Shown piece by piece: positions 24,963 to 35,109 of a DNA stretch of 40,000 bases. Where the stretch lies: positions 1 to 40,000 of the forward strand of contig JBOGQX010000062.1 in the NCBI GenBank assembly GCA_050749285.1, given 5' to 3'. Numbering within the stretch: the stretch's first letter is position 1; every line of letters starts with the position of its first letter. The notes beneath the pieces are model-generated. The model was not told where the DNA came from. It was given only the letters and a program-made list of their open reading frames with translations, and did not search any database. This DNA comes from Nitrosotalea sp. (lineage in GTDB: Archaea > Thermoproteota > Nitrososphaeria > Nitrososphaerales > Nitrosopumilaceae). A program made the translations under genes and the position numbers.

Positions 24963-26297
24963 TTACTTCAGATAATTTTTCAGAGATATCTTATCTGCCT
25001 TTGGGATTTTGGCAATTTCAAAACCCTCTGAGCATTTCGAGAAGGATTTGGTTGCATCTAAACCCATTTTGGTGGTTAACAAATTTTTTTGATCGCTAGA
25101 AGGATCAAGACTTGAACCTCGTACCTTTGGTATCATTATTAGATCTTTATCCGCCTGAAATCTCGTAGCTATAGCATATTCTACAGACACCGGATCTGAT
25201 GGATCTATGTCATCATCGACAACAGTCACGTGTTTGAGAGATCTATGGGTAGCAAATGCTGCCTTGATTATCTTCTTTGGATCAGATTCTTTTTTCTTTG
25301 AAATTTGTACTACCGCGTGTAACCATTTGCATCCACCTTCAGTCAGTACTACTCTCTTTGTTTGTGGCATGGTTTGCCTGAGACTTTTATTCAATTTAGC
25401 TTCAATTGGCATTCCCATCAGTAATCGATGTTCCGAATAACCAGACAAAACATCATGAAAGATGGGATTATTCCTAAAATACATTCTATCAAGCTCAAAC
25501 ACAGGTTGCATTCTCTTAAAATCATAGGTGCGAAGCATCTCCACCATCCATTCTTTGTGAGTCTTGTCTTTTAGAATACGTCCCTCCATAACTATTTCTG
25601 CCTCTGAGGGTACAAACATACCAGAGTATGGGCACATCGCTAATTCGAGTTTTTTGTCCATTAATTCATTAGCAATTTCTAGTTCATCTTTTCCCCACTC
25701 AGCCTGATATGCTCCTGCAATGGATACTGCAGGATGGACTCCAACAGTAATTGCAACCCGTAGATCCTCACCATGATCCTTGGCATACACATAGGATCTG
25801 TGAAGATGTCTTCCTTCTACCATCCTAATAGAGAAACGAGTAGCATCAAGTCGAAGAAGTCTGTGGAAGGAAGAGTTTTGGGTACTTGTTTCTTGGTTTC
25901 TTGTATATACTATTGAAGATGTGATAAAAGGTCCTGGTTCCTTTTCAAAATGAGTTATTATTGGAAGGTCGTATAGATCCATTGATTGGTTTTCCATGAA
26001 TTTACCTTTATTTGCAATTCTAGGTTTTGAGGCGTGGTTAATTGCCCGGATAACCTTATCGTGAATTTTATTTTCAGTAGTTCCTACCGCCTGAGCAAAT
26101 CTCTTCTTTGTACCTACTAGATTTGAAACAACTCTAAATTTACTGTCTTTGACATTTTCGAATAGGATAGCTTTCGAGCCATCCATTTTTGCAGTAACAG
26201 CTGCAATTTCATATTTTGCAGAAATTTTCTTTTTTACAATTGCCAGCTCATTTATCCTAGTAATCTGACCAAGGTAATTGCGTAGATCAAAACTCAT
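24963..26297 (-). CDS. ubiD: UbiD-family (prFMN-dependent) decarboxylase
   Basis: LPIITHFEKEPGPFITSSIVYTRNQETSTQNSSFHRLLRLD and overall collinearity with UbiD. It is 444 aa. Confidence 0.85.
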   Translation of the reverse strand: MSFDLRNYLGQITRINELAIVKKKISAKYEIAAVTAKMDGSKAILFENVKDSKFRVVSNLVGTKKRFAQAVGTTENKIHDKVIRAINHASKPRIANKGKFMENQSMDLYDLPIITHFEKEPGPFITSSIVYTRNQETSTQNSSFHRLLRLDATRFSIRMVEGRHLHRSYVYAKDHGEDLRVAITVGVHPAVSIAGAYQAEWGKDELEIANELMDKKLELAMCPYSGMFVPSEAEIVMEGRILKDKTHKEWMVEMLRTYDFKRMQPVFELDRMYFRNNPIFHDVLSGYSEHRLLMGMPIEAKLNKSLRQTMPQTKRVVLTEGGCKWLHAVVQISKKKESDPKKIIKAAFATHRSLKHVTVVDDDIDPSDPVSVEYAIATRFQADKDLIMIPKVRGSSLDPSSDQKNLLTTKMGLDATKSFSKCSEGFEIAKIPKADKISLKNYLK

Positions 26298-26632
26298 TGT
26301 CGTATAATCTCCATTACTTCATTCATTAGAACCTTCATACTGTCAAGTTCCAATTCTTTTTGAATATTTAATGAAAAAATACAAATACCATTAATAGTCG
26401 AAGATACGCGTTCAGATACCATCTTGAGAAAAATTGTTTCTGATTTTGATGGTATTACTGTAGCAGTGCTAGTACGTCCAGCAGAACCGATTGAAACAAC
26501 AAGGGTTCCAATCTTCTCCTTTCCTTCAGTTATAGAAATAAAATCTCCATTATCGAAGGGAACTATTTGAACCAAGAATTCTCGTTGATTCACAGTGACG
26601 GTTTTTTTCTTATAACCGACTTGTGATATCAA
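26294..26632 (-). CDS. Hypothetical protein (112 aa), translationally coupled to ubiD
   Basis: TTG start. There is a 4-nt overlap with ubiD. I recognise no motif. Confidence 0.4.
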   Translation of the reverse strand: MISQVGYKKKTVTVNQREFLVQIVPFDNGDFISITEGKEKIGTLVVSIGSAGRTSTATVIPSKSETIFLKMVSERVSSTINGICIFSLNIQKELELDSMKVLMNEVMEIIRQ

Positions 26633-26645
26633 CAGCTAACTACGC

Positions 26646-26981
26646 CTATACTGCTACAGGTTCTATTGCTACTTTCTTTATAGCCTTAGTTGTTTTTGCC
26701 TTTCTTGTAGATTTTACTACCACTGGTTCTATCTCTTCTACTTCCATAGCCTTTCCAGCAACAGCTTCTAGTTGATCAGCTTCGACTCTAGCACGCAGTT
26801 TTGCTTTGTATTTGAGGTTTCTAGGTTTAGTTCGGAGTCTGTATCCGCAACATGGACACCAAAGACCTTCCCATTTTATGAAGATCTCACAAATTTGACA
26901 TCTTTTTTGTCCCGATGCATAACGGCCCGTACCTACTGGCTTCTGTGCCTTGTATCTTGTGCATATTCCTTTACATGTCAT
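26646..26981 (-). CDS. Zinc-ribbon protein with Lys/Ala-rich tail
   Basis: The Cys pattern is CKGIC...CQIC...CPCCGYRLRTKP. The C-terminus is basic and low in complexity. Confidence 0.6.
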   Translation of the reverse strand: MTCKGICTRYKAQKPVGTGRYASGQKRCQICEIFIKWEGLWCPCCGYRLRTKPRNLKYKAKLRARVEADQLEAVAGKAMEVEEIEPVVVKSTRKAKTTKAIKKVAIEPVAV

Positions 26982-27000
26982 TGTTTAGTCACTTTACCTT

Positions 27001-27026
27001 GTATTAGTATATAGTATTAGTATATA
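27001..27026. repeat. Perfect tandem duplication of a 13-nt TATA-rich unit (GTATTAGTATATA x2)
   Basis: Read directly from the sequence. It lies 20-45 nt upstream of the minus-strand start at 26981 and probably represents a duplicated TATA box. Confidence 0.6.
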
Positions 27027-27233
27027 TTTAAGCATGGATCAGAAATTTCTATAATTAATTCTTCGATAATTTATAAAAATTATATCTATATGGCAAGATC
27101 GGATCAACAGTTTTCAGAAAAAACCTGAAAAAGAGATATAAATATGTATGGTTTTCTTTGATGCAAGTTTTTTGATTTTTTAGGAATTTTTTCAATCTAA
27201 TATTTAAGGATTGACCGTAGTTTTTTGATTTTT

Positions 27234-27857
27234 TTAACCAATTCTAGAAAGAGGTAATACTAGATGACGATATCCCTCGCGTTGAGTGATATATCTTGCA
27301 GATATTTTATCGCGTATCCCTCTTTTGTTATAGTTCTTTACTCTTAACGATGTCTTGCGCTCGTCAACAAATTCAAGCTCAAAGTGTGAACAGAAACGAA
27401 GATTTAGCGAGTTTGTAATCTGTCGTGCAATTTTCATATTTCCATTTCCCACCTTGACAATTTTTCTTTCTGCATTCAATCCTACAAGCACTTTTACAAT
27501 ATGTGATATCAAATCGTCAACTGATGTATAGATTGAGCTCTCAATCTCCTTTTCATAATAGAATACAGAAAGTCCAATTCTATTACCAGGATCAATTCCA
27601 ATTATCAAAGAACTAGGATGAATTCCTGATTCGAGTTTTTGTACCATCTTCCCTCTTATTACAATAGGGTCATAATCAAATTCCTCATCAAATAGAACAA
27701 GATCAGTGGGGATTTTGGATGATTCTCGTACTGTAGTTAGAATCAATCGTTTGTCAGAACTTGTAATTTCTTCAGGTAAAACTGAGTCATAATTTAGTTG
27801 TAGGAGTTTTAGTGTATTTACGAACTTGAAATAAGATCTACCATCTACCGTAGCCAC
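27234..27857 (-). CDS. RNase H-fold (RuvC/YqgF-like) domain protein, function unknown
   Basis: LIIGIDPGNRIGLSVFYYE resembles the first beta-strand/Asp motif of RuvC/YqgF-type nucleases. It has a GTG start. Confidence 0.45.
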   Translation of the reverse strand: MATVDGRSYFKFVNTLKLLQLNYDSVLPEEITSSDKRLILTTVRESSKIPTDLVLFDEEFDYDPIVIRGKMVQKLESGIHPSSLIIGIDPGNRIGLSVFYYEKEIESSIYTSVDDLISHIVKVLVGLNAERKIVKVGNGNMKIARQITNSLNLRFCSHFELEFVDERKTSLRVKNYNKRGIRDKISARYITQREGYRHLVLPLSRIG

Positions 27858-27949
27858 CGCAATGTTGTTTTGGGTTTGGTACGCTATACCTATTCTTACT
27901 TCCTTGAAAATTTAAAGTTTATTTGTATTTTATTATTAATCAACCAGCC

Positions 27950-28291
27950 TCATTTAGTTGTCAATAGTAGTATGGCCCTAGCCAGATCACCCTTGGCCTC
28001 CGTTAAGGCTTTTGTTGCTTCTTCTGGGGAAACATTGGCCTGTTGAGCAACTAGCATAATATCCTCTTGACTAAATACAGGTACCTCCAGTTCCCTCTCT
28101 TCGTAGCTCTCAGCAATGACCTGAAAAATGGAGTTATCTTTAGCCTTCATTTCTGTAACTGCAGGTTTTGTTATTATGATCTCCTTCGTGTCAGTTTTTA
28201 TAATAACCTCTTGCACATTATTTACTTCCTTCATTTCAAGGCCCATTCTGTCCAACATTCTACGCATTTCACGGTTTCCGCCACGCATCAT
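27950..28291 (-). CDS. nac: Nascent polypeptide-associated complex protein (archaeal NAC)
   Basis: It has the NAC domain (MRRMLDRMGLEMKEVNNVQEVIIKT...IFQV) and a C-terminal UBA domain (EDIMLVAQQANVSPEEATKALTEAKGDLARAILLL). Confidence 0.85.
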   Translation of the reverse strand: MMRGGNREMRRMLDRMGLEMKEVNNVQEVIIKTDTKEIIITKPAVTEMKAKDNSIFQVIAESYEERELEVPVFSQEDIMLVAQQANVSPEEATKALTEAKGDLARAILLLTTK

Positions 28292-28307
28292 TTTCTACTC
28301 ATTCTCC

Positions 28308-28766
28308 TCAATCAAGACTTTTTAAACTATCTCTGATCTTGACCGCAGCCCCCTTCTTGAGGGATTTTATCATTCTTGATGAGAGTATAGCCTTTCCCAC
28401 TGCAATCACTTTATTCCCGTACAGGACAGGCACATCAGATCCAATCAGGATATTTTTACCACACCATGTGACATGTTTGGAAAATACAGAGTTACCAGTT
28501 TCAATAAATGGTTTAGAGTCATCGTCTATCTCAACACAATTTTCTCGAAATTTCTTGTTTTTCATTAATATTTGAGCAAAATAGGGTGTAATTGCCAAGC
28601 CGCCATCCGTTCGCAGTGTACAAAGAAGAGAATCATTTTGATATACATGTTGTATTCTACCCGTTCTTTTTGAATACGTAAATCGTACATCTTTTGGAAG
28701 ATATCTTGATACCCCAACTCCAAAAAGTGCATCCAATGTATATTTTATTTTTAAAATTGAATCCAT
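28308..28766 (-). CDS. PUA-domain RNA-binding protein
   Basis: The C-terminal segment VLYGNKVIAVGKAILSSRMIKSLKKGAAVKIRD is PUA-like. The gene is adjacent to nac, as in many archaea. Confidence 0.6.
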   Translation of the reverse strand: MDSILKIKYTLDALFGVGVSRYLPKDVRFTYSKRTGRIQHVYQNDSLLCTLRTDGGLAITPYFAQILMKNKKFRENCVEIDDDSKPFIETGNSVFSKHVTWCGKNILIGSDVPVLYGNKVIAVGKAILSSRMIKSLKKGAAVKIRDSLKSLD

Positions 28767-28868
28767 TTTTGATTTATGTTTCTGCTACCCCTAATTATTT
28801 TTACAGATGTAAGAGTACTATATAGTAGATCCGAAGAACTATATAGAATAAACCATGACATAGACAAT

Positions 28869-29912
28869 ATGGGAAATATTGAAGAAATGAGAAAGATACA
28901 GTTCACCGGCAAGTCTTCGTATATTGTTTCATTACCAAAACAATGGGTTACCGATATGGGATTAAAACAAGGTGATCAAGTCTCCGTTATGCGACAGGGA
29001 ATTTCTACTTTACAGATTGTTCCACTTAAGCATCATAACAAACCTGTTAGCACAGAAGATGCAACCATCGAAATAAAACAAGATGATGAGGATGGAGTAA
29101 TTGTGAGGAAATTAATTTCTCTTTACTTACTAGGTTTCAATATCATTAATGTAAAACCAAAACTTGGAAGATTAAAGCCATCACAAAGGAATGCTGTCAA
29201 AGAGGCCGTAAAAGGCATTCTTATGGGAACGGAGATAATTGCTGATTCAACAGAAGGAATTACCATACAGGTACTCATCAATCTTTTTGAACTTTCAGTA
29301 GATGGAGCATTGAAGCGAATGTTGATAATTGCTAAATCCATGCAAAATGATGCATTACTTGCATTAGGAGAAGCAAATTATGATTTGGCAAAAGAGGTGA
29401 TAAACAGCGATGATGAAGTAGATAGATTTAGCTTCTACATAATACGACAGTTGAGGATAGCTATTCAAAATGAACATATGTTAAAGGAAATGGGTATAGA
29501 AAATCCAGATCACTGTCTTGGCTACAGGCTAATTGTAAAAAATATAGAACGAGTGGGTGATCATGCAACTGAACTAGCTAGAGATCTTTTAGAGTTCAAA
29601 AAACCCATTAAAAAAACAGGTCTTGAACCTATTCAAGAAATGAATGTCTTTGCACTTGCAGTACTCGATGACGCATGTTTATCACTTTTTAAGAAAGATT
29701 TTAACCAAGCAGAATTAACCGTAGAAAAAAGTTCTGAAATTGGCAAATACGAAAGAAGAATATTTGATAGTATAAAATCGCTAAGAGATGATGAAGAGAT
29801 ATACCGTGTAAGAAGAATGAATGAAAACATACGCAGAATAGCGGAATATGCTAGTGATATAGCTGAGATAGTAATGAATATGACCATAGAAAAAACGCTT
29901 CGAAAGCAATAA
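28869..29912 (+). CDS. phoU: AbrB/SpoVT-domain + double PhoU-domain regulator
   Basis: [29 protein letters not shown] is an AbrB-like swapped hairpin. There are two PhoU repeats ([15 protein letters not shown]; [11 protein letters not shown] / [12 protein letters not shown]). The track start at 28776 would leave only 9 nt to the divergent gene. ATG 28869 has the TATA-like sequence CTATATAGAATAA about 25 nt upstream. Confidence 0.8.
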   Translation: MGNIEEMRKIQFTGKSSYIVSLPKQWVTDMGLKQGDQVSVMRQGISTLQIVPLKHHNKPVSTEDATIEIKQDDEDGVIVRKLISLYLLGFNIINVKPKLGRLKPSQRNAVKEAVKGILMGTEIIADSTEGITIQVLINLFELSVDGALKRMLIIAKSMQNDALLALGEANYDLAKEVINSDDEVDRFSFYIIRQLRIAIQNEHMLKEMGIENPDHCLGYRLIVKNIERVGDHATELARDLLEFKKPIKKTGLEPIQEMNVFALAVLDDACLSLFKKDFNQAELTVEKSSEIGKYERRIFDSIKSLRDDEEIYRVRRMNENIRRIAEYASDIAEIVMNMTIEKTLRKQ

Positions 29913-29937
29913 GATACGATTAGATAGGACTATCACA

Positions 29938-31065
29938 TTGAGAGATTCAGCAATTTTAATAACTTATGACAAGGAAGATGTGGTCAAAGAGGCCATAGCT
30001 CTTTGCGAGTCTGCAGGATACGATATAAGAAAAATCATACGACAAAAAATCCTCAACAAATCTAGATTTGGAGTTGGGGAGGGAAAGGTGGAGGAACTAA
30101 AAGAATTACTTGCCTCCATAAAACCTGATGTTATAATATATGATGAAATCCTCAAGCCAAGTCAAAACTACAATCTGGCCTCTACTCTTAAAATGACAAT
30201 TTTGGATAGGGAGATGTTGATATTAGAAATTTTTCAACGAAGAGCAAGAAGCGCCGAGTCTACACTGCAAGTTAAGTTAGCACAGCTAAGATATGAAATG
30301 TCAAGGGCCAAAGAAAAGGTAAGGCTTGCAAAGATGGGAGAACAGCCAGGTTTCATGGGCATAGGAAAGTTTGAGGTTGACGTCTATCAAAATGACATTA
30401 AAAATAGAATGAATAATGTGAAATCTAAATTACAAAAGTCATCTAAACAACGTGCACTTCATAGAGAGGCAAGAAAAAGAATTGGGTTCAAGATTCTTTC
30501 GCTAGCTGGTTATACATCTGCAGGCAAGACCACGCTTTTCAATACCTTGACGGGGGAAGAAAAGGAAGAAAGTCCCAAGCTCTTCACCACTCTTTCTACT
30601 ACAACAAGAAAAATCAGACTTCAAGATATCGAGGTTTTAATATCTGATACCGTTGGTTTCATAAGTAAATTACCTGCTTACATGATAGAGGCATTCAAAT
30701 CTACTCTTGAAGAATTGACCTATGCGGACGCTGTGATAGTAGTCATAGACATAAGTGATCCCATTCTGGAGCTAAAGAAAAAATTCAGAAGTTGTATTAC
30801 CACCCTCGATGGAATTGGAGTAAATCAGGATAAGATAATCTTTGCATTAAACAAATCAGACCTAGCCCACGAGGAAGAAATCTTAGACAAAGTAAATCAA
30901 TTGGGTTTAAAAGATAATAAGAAATGGCTATCGATCTCAGCAGTAACTAGTCAAAATATTCCTGGATTAAAAGACTTGGTATATCATGCAATAGAGAATC
31001 AACCTAGATCGATGGAAAAACATGAAACACCAAAACAGGAAATAGAAATAAACTATGAGGATTGA
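29938..31065 (+). CDS. hflX: GTPase HflX
   Basis: It has the HflX N-domain plus G1 [17 protein letters not shown]3 DTVGF and G4 NKSD. The start is TTG. Confidence 0.9.
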   Translation: MRDSAILITYDKEDVVKEAIALCESAGYDIRKIIRQKILNKSRFGVGEGKVEELKELLASIKPDVIIYDEILKPSQNYNLASTLKMTILDREMLILEIFQRRARSAESTLQVKLAQLRYEMSRAKEKVRLAKMGEQPGFMGIGKFEVDVYQNDIKNRMNNVKSKLQKSSKQRALHREARKRIGFKILSLAGYTSAGKTTLFNTLTGEEKEESPKLFTTLSTTTRKIRLQDIEVLISDTVGFISKLPAYMIEAFKSTLEELTYADAVIVVIDISDPILELKKKFRSCITTLDGIGVNQDKIIFALNKSDLAHEEEILDKVNQLGLKDNKKWLSISAVTSQNIPGLKDLVYHAIENQPRSMEKHETPKQEIEINYED

Positions 31066-31585
31066 AGTCTTACGAATTGGACAACGATTGGTAAGAGATG
31101 ACAGAGTAACTACTCATGTTGCTCTAGTATCTAGAGCATTTGGAGCATCAAAGATATTGATGTATGATGCAAATCCTGAAATCAAAGATACTATTTCAAA
31201 GGTAAACAAAATTTGGGGGAGTGGTTTTAAGGTAGAAATCATAGAAAACTGGAAAGAAGTAATAAAATCCAAAAAATCTGATGCATACAAGATTATTCAT
31301 CTTACTATGTATGGCGAGAATATCAATACAGTTCAGACTGCCTTGAGGAAAGAAGAAAGGGTTCTCATCGTTGTTGGAGCGGAAAAAGTTCCAAGGGAGA
31401 TTTACGACATTGCGGATTATAATGTTGCAATAGGAAATCAGCCTCATTCAGAAATAGCTGCCTTGGCAATTCTACTTGATAGAATATTACAAGGGAAACA
31501 ATTCCAAAAAAAGCCTGCAAACGCACAACGTGAAATAATCCCAACAAAGAAAGGAAAAAGCGTAATGAATAAAACCATTGATTAA
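31055..31585 (+). CDS. trm56: tRNA (cytidine56-2-prime-O)-methyltransferase aTrm56 (SPOUT)
   Basis: [27 protein letters not shown] and [27 protein letters not shown] match aTrm56. It is 176 aa. Confidence 0.8.
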   Translation: MRIEVLRIGQRLVRDDRVTTHVALVSRAFGASKILMYDANPEIKDTISKVNKIWGSGFKVEIIENWKEVIKSKKSDAYKIIHLTMYGENINTVQTALRKEERVLIVVGAEKVPREIYDIADYNVAIGNQPHSEIAALAILLDRILQGKQFQKKPANAQREIIPTKKGKSVMNKTID

Positions 31586-31612
31586 ATATGGATACAGGAG
31601 AAAGATCTTTGT

Positions 31613-32122
31613 ATGAATGTTGAACATGAGGATCCTTTTGTAAAGATTGCCGCTTTAATAGGAGGAGATGAGTATCTCAAGGTTGCTCGCTCCTTATTGA
31701 ATACAGAGGATGCAACAGATGAGGAAATTGCAAGCTCTACTGGACTTAGAATCAACATAGTAAGAAAAGTATTGTACGATCTTTTTGGAAAGGCCCTGAT
31801 AACTGGCATTAGGGTGAAAGATGAGAAGAAAGGATGGTTTGTTTATAGATGGAGAGCAAGAAGGGACGAAGTGGATAATTTCATTGAGAATCAAAAGAAA
31901 AAAATCGTAGAACGCTTACAACAGAGAGTAGATTATGAGAATTCTGCAGATTTCTATCATTGTGGAACTCCTGACTGCCAAAAGCTTACATTTGAAAAAG
32001 CCTTAGATCTGTCCTTCAAATGTCCAACGTGTGGAAAACTGGTAAATCTTTCAAAGAATGACAAGTTGAAGAAGGCATTACAAGGTAAGATTGATCAGTT
32101 ACGTGGAGATCTGAAACATTAA
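31613..32122 (+). CDS. tfe: Transcription factor E (TFE alpha / TFIIE-alpha homologue)
   Basis: It has a winged helix (ATDEEIASSTGLRINIVRKVLYDLF...WFVYRW) and a zinc ribbon (YHCGTPDCQKLTFEKALDLSFKCPTCG). Confidence 0.8.
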   Translation: MNVEHEDPFVKIAALIGGDEYLKVARSLLNTEDATDEEIASSTGLRINIVRKVLYDLFGKALITGIRVKDEKKGWFVYRWRARRDEVDNFIENQKKKIVERLQQRVDYENSADFYHCGTPDCQKLTFEKALDLSFKCPTCGKLVNLSKNDKLKKALQGKIDQLRGDLKH

Positions 32123-32790
32123 GAAACATAGTGTAATAGTACTTCATTTTTTATTTTATTAATTTTCTTTAATCTAAACAAACGGGATTTAGAAACTTTG
32201 TCAAATCCAAATCCCTCCACTAAAGAAACAGCATTTTTTCCCCCTAAAACAAAAGGTGTTATAGTTATGATGATTTCATCAACCAACCTTTCCTTTAGAA
32301 AATACCAATTAGTTATGCCCCCTCCTTCGAGAAGTATTTTGTTAATTCCTCTTTTTCGCAGGATTCCTAGTAATTCTTTTAGATTGATTCTATTTTGACC
32401 ACATCTAATTACATTTACACCCTTCTCTTCTAGTCTCTCAATGCTTTTTTTCGGGGCTTTTTTTGAAACTACAATTATAGTATAAATCTTCCTCGCAGTT
32501 CTGACAATTCTTGAAGTTAGAGGAACACTTGCTCTAGAATCTAGAATTACTCGTATCGGGTTTTTTCCCTTTACATATCTAACAGTGAGTCTAGGGTTGT
32601 CTGTAAAAACGGTATTTTTTCCTATCAATATGGCATCTACGTTTCTACGAAGTTTGTGAACTCGAACTAAATCTTTTGTTGATGAAAGTTTTGATTGATG
32701 TGTTCGTGTAGCTATCTTGCCATCAATACTCATAGCTGCACTCAGTATTACACGTAGCCTAGATTTTGCCATGAACGATTTTTCCTCCAA
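32119..32790 (-). CDS. Diaminohydroxyphosphoribosylaminopyrimidine reductase (RibD C-terminal-domain type, archaeal)
   Basis: RVILSAAMSIDGKIAT, DAILIGKNTV and ILLEGGGITNWYFL form a DHFR-like reductase domain. There is no deaminase domain. Confidence 0.8.
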   Translation of the reverse strand: MEEKSFMAKSRLRVILSAAMSIDGKIATRTHQSKLSSTKDLVRVHKLRRNVDAILIGKNTVFTDNPRLTVRYVKGKNPIRVILDSRASVPLTSRIVRTARKIYTIIVVSKKAPKKSIERLEEKGVNVIRCGQNRINLKELLGILRKRGINKILLEGGGITNWYFLKERLVDEIIITITPFVLGGKNAVSLVEGFGFDKVSKSRLFRLKKINKIKNEVLLHYVS

Positions 32791-33949
32791 ACATGACGGC
32801 TCTAATTATATTTTCAGAACCACGGTGTACTATTGCTGCGTATGGATTATGCATAGGTTCTAGATCCATTGCGTGTTTTTCAATGAAGATACAATCTGCA
32901 TAGCTATTAGGTTGTATTACTCCTATTTTATTGTCAAACATGATACCGGTATTAGTAGTTGCCATCTTCAAAATAGATTTTGGAGAGATCCGTTTTTTAT
33001 TCAAACCCATTGAAACTTTCCAGATGTAGTCCATTTCTTTGAACATATCTGGAGAATTTATCATTACATTATCAGTACCAATTGCTACATTACAACCAGC
33101 TTCCATCATAAGATTCACATTAGGAATTCCCTCTGCAAGAGCTCCATTTGCACGTGGACAAACTACGATACTTACTTTATTTTTAGATACCACTAGAAGG
33201 TCCTTTTTTGATGCGTGAGTCATATGAACAAGAAAATTGGGTTTCACAAGCAAGGCTCTACTAGTCTCCGTTTTACTAGTTATTTTCTTTGAGATAGTCT
33301 CACTTTCTCTTGTTTCAGCTGAATGAATAGCACGTATCTTTCTTTGTTTAGAGAAATATTTTAGGACAGAATCACTGAATTCATTTGGACCGCTGATTCC
33401 CAATCCATCACAATTTCTTAGCAACTTTACAAGATCGGATTTTTGCTGTTTCATCAGAGAGATATTATTTTTAATTGATTTGATATCTTGATAATAATCA
33501 ATTCTTCCGAGAATTACAGATCGTATTGGAATTTGAGATATTGCATTTTTTAATATATTGACTCCTTCCAAACCACCTTCTCTAAAGTCAACGAATGTAG
33601 TGATCCCCTTTCTAAGCATAGAAACACAGGAGTTTTGGATAAAGCTTGTAAGATGTGAGAGTTCTGATTTTTTTAGGATTCTTTGTTTAAAACCCGTTAC
33701 GGGATGAATCTTGGATTCTACATCAGAGTCAATACCCACATCCTTACCTATCGAGTCTCCTATGTGAGTGTGTGAGTTCACTAAACCTGGCATCATCAAA
33801 AGACCTTCACAATCTAGAATTTCCTCCGCTTTCTTAGGTGGCAAATTTTTTCTTATTACCTCAATATGGTTTCCAGAAACACGTATGTTTGTGCTGAGAA
33901 TGTAATTTAATTCTCTACCATAAAGCAAACTGACATTTTTTATCAACAT
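32759..33949 (-). CDS. Amidohydrolase-superfamily metal-dependent hydrolase/deaminase (ATZ/TRZ, guanine/cytosine-deaminase-like) embedded in the riboflavin operon
   Basis: It has PGLVNSHTHIGDS (HxH), IHSAE, VHMTH and AIGTDN (terminal Asp). It overlaps both neighbouring rib genes. Confidence 0.8.
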   Translation of the reverse strand: MLIKNVSLLYGRELNYILSTNIRVSGNHIEVIRKNLPPKKAEEILDCEGLLMMPGLVNSHTHIGDSIGKDVGIDSDVESKIHPVTGFKQRILKKSELSHLTSFIQNSCVSMLRKGITTFVDFREGGLEGVNILKNAISQIPIRSVILGRIDYYQDIKSIKNNISLMKQQKSDLVKLLRNCDGLGISGPNEFSDSVLKYFSKQRKIRAIHSAETRESETISKKITSKTETSRALLVKPNFLVHMTHASKKDLLVVSKNKVSIVVCPRANGALAEGIPNVNLMMEAGCNVAIGTDNVMINSPDMFKEMDYIWKVSMGLNKKRISPKSILKMATTNTGIMFDNKIGVIQPNSYADCIFIEKHAMDLEPMHNPYAAIVHRGSENIIRAVMFGGKIVHGKI

Positions 33950-34695
33950 GTAAGCTCAAGGATTCTCTCTTCATTTTTTCCAGAGTCACGCAGTTCTCGT
34001 ATTTTATCAAGTGATTTTGTTGCTAGTTTAGCCGCTTCACGACCAGTTTTTGCTGTTCCTATTCCACAATTAAATGAAATACCATGACGTTTTTTCACGA
34101 GCTCCAAGAATTTGCGTATATCTTTTTTATCAATAATAGAGCTAACAATCATAAAATTGTCCCCACCCATAAAAAATGTGAGGGAGTTTGTTGACAAGAA
34201 AAATTCTGACATTTCAGAATATAATTTTATAATTAGTGAAGAAATTTCATAGGGTGATTTAGTGGCGGAAATAGATGTAGAACTGTTTACATCCATATGT
34301 ATTATTTTTACCTCTTCTCCATCATTTTGTAAAGATAAACCGAAGATGTTATGATCCTTATCTAAAGCAAGTTTAGATCTTCGTGCTTTATCTGCATTCA
34401 AGTTTGCTTCAAATGGAGTATTTCCTTGACCTATAGCCATGGACAACTCCAAGTCGAAGCATTTTACTAATTTCTTTTGAATTTCCACGTGATCTTTTAC
34501 CGTAAGTCCATTTGTTATTACAAAGATTTCATCAGATCTGTTAGGAAATGCAAGACAGTTTTTCTCCGAAAAAAGATTTTGAACTTCCTTGTACAAGGAT
34601 GATTGAAGGATCTGAAGTTTATGTTCCCTATCGCTACCCAATGTAAGAGTCCATGGTCCATATCCAGTGATTTTGATTATAGTAAGTTGAATCAT
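33943..34695 (-). CDS. arfA: GTP cyclohydrolase III (ArfA)
   Basis: MIQLTIIKITGYGPWTLTLGSDREHKLQILQSSLY resembles the archaeal GCH III N-terminus as I recall it. I prefer ATG 34695, directly after the ribH stop at 34697, over the track start at 34755, which would overlap ribH. Confidence 0.75.
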   Translation of the reverse strand: MIQLTIIKITGYGPWTLTLGSDREHKLQILQSSLYKEVQNLFSEKNCLAFPNRSDEIFVITNGLTVKDHVEIQKKLVKCFDLELSMAIGQGNTPFEANLNADKARRSKLALDKDHNIFGLSLQNDGEEVKIIHMDVNSSTSISATKSPYEISSLIIKLYSEMSEFFLSTNSLTFFMGGDNFMIVSSIIDKKDIRKFLELVKKRHGISFNCGIGTAKTGREAAKLATKSLDKIRELRDSGKNEERILELTC

Positions 34696-34696
34696 C

Positions 34697-35107
34697 TCAT
34701 ATTTTTTGTAATTCTTCAAATAGAGTCTGTGCTGCTTCAACTGCTCTCTCAGCAACAGGCCTTATCCTTTGAAATGCCTGTCTGTCACTCATCCCAGGAC
34801 CTGTGATACCAAGAGTTATTGGTTTTTGATGTTTAATCGATAATTCTGTTAATGCCCGTGCAGTGACATTTGAAATAAGTTCATCATGCTTTGTCTGACC
34901 TTTTATTACAGCTCCAAGAGTGACCACAGCGTCAACTTCTTTCTTTTTCAATAAGGCATCTATGATAATTGGCATGTCAAAGACTCCTGGAACCTTGCAG
35001 GTGTACTTTATATTCACACTAAGGGACTTTGCCTTTTCAACTGCGATTTCATACATTTTTGAAGTTACTTCTTGGTTGAACTCCGCAACGACAATTGCAA
35101 TATTCAA
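34697..35107 (-). CDS. ribH: 6,7-dimethyl-8-ribityllumazine synthase
   Basis: VPGVFDMP and DAVVTLGAVIKGQTKHDELISNV are lumazine synthase motifs. Confidence 0.9.
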   Translation of the reverse strand: MNIAIVVAEFNQEVTSKMYEIAVEKAKSLSVNIKYTCKVPGVFDMPIIIDALLKKKEVDAVVTLGAVIKGQTKHDELISNVTARALTELSIKHQKPITLGITGPGMSDRQAFQRIRPVAERAVEAAQTLFEELQKI

Positions 35108-35109
35108 AA

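Noticed and set aside
28776-28868. Longer N-terminus of the PhoU-domain gene
   Set aside because: It would start 9 nt from the divergent PUA gene and would read through TATA-like boxes. The hydrophobic junk-like sequence (MFLLPLIIFTDVRVLYS) is unlike the AbrB-PhoU family.
34696-34755. Longer N-terminus of arfA overlapping ribH
   Set aside because: The conserved GCH III N-terminus begins at MIQLTII (ATG 34695), immediately after the ribH stop. The 20-codon extension would overlap the ribH coding sequence.
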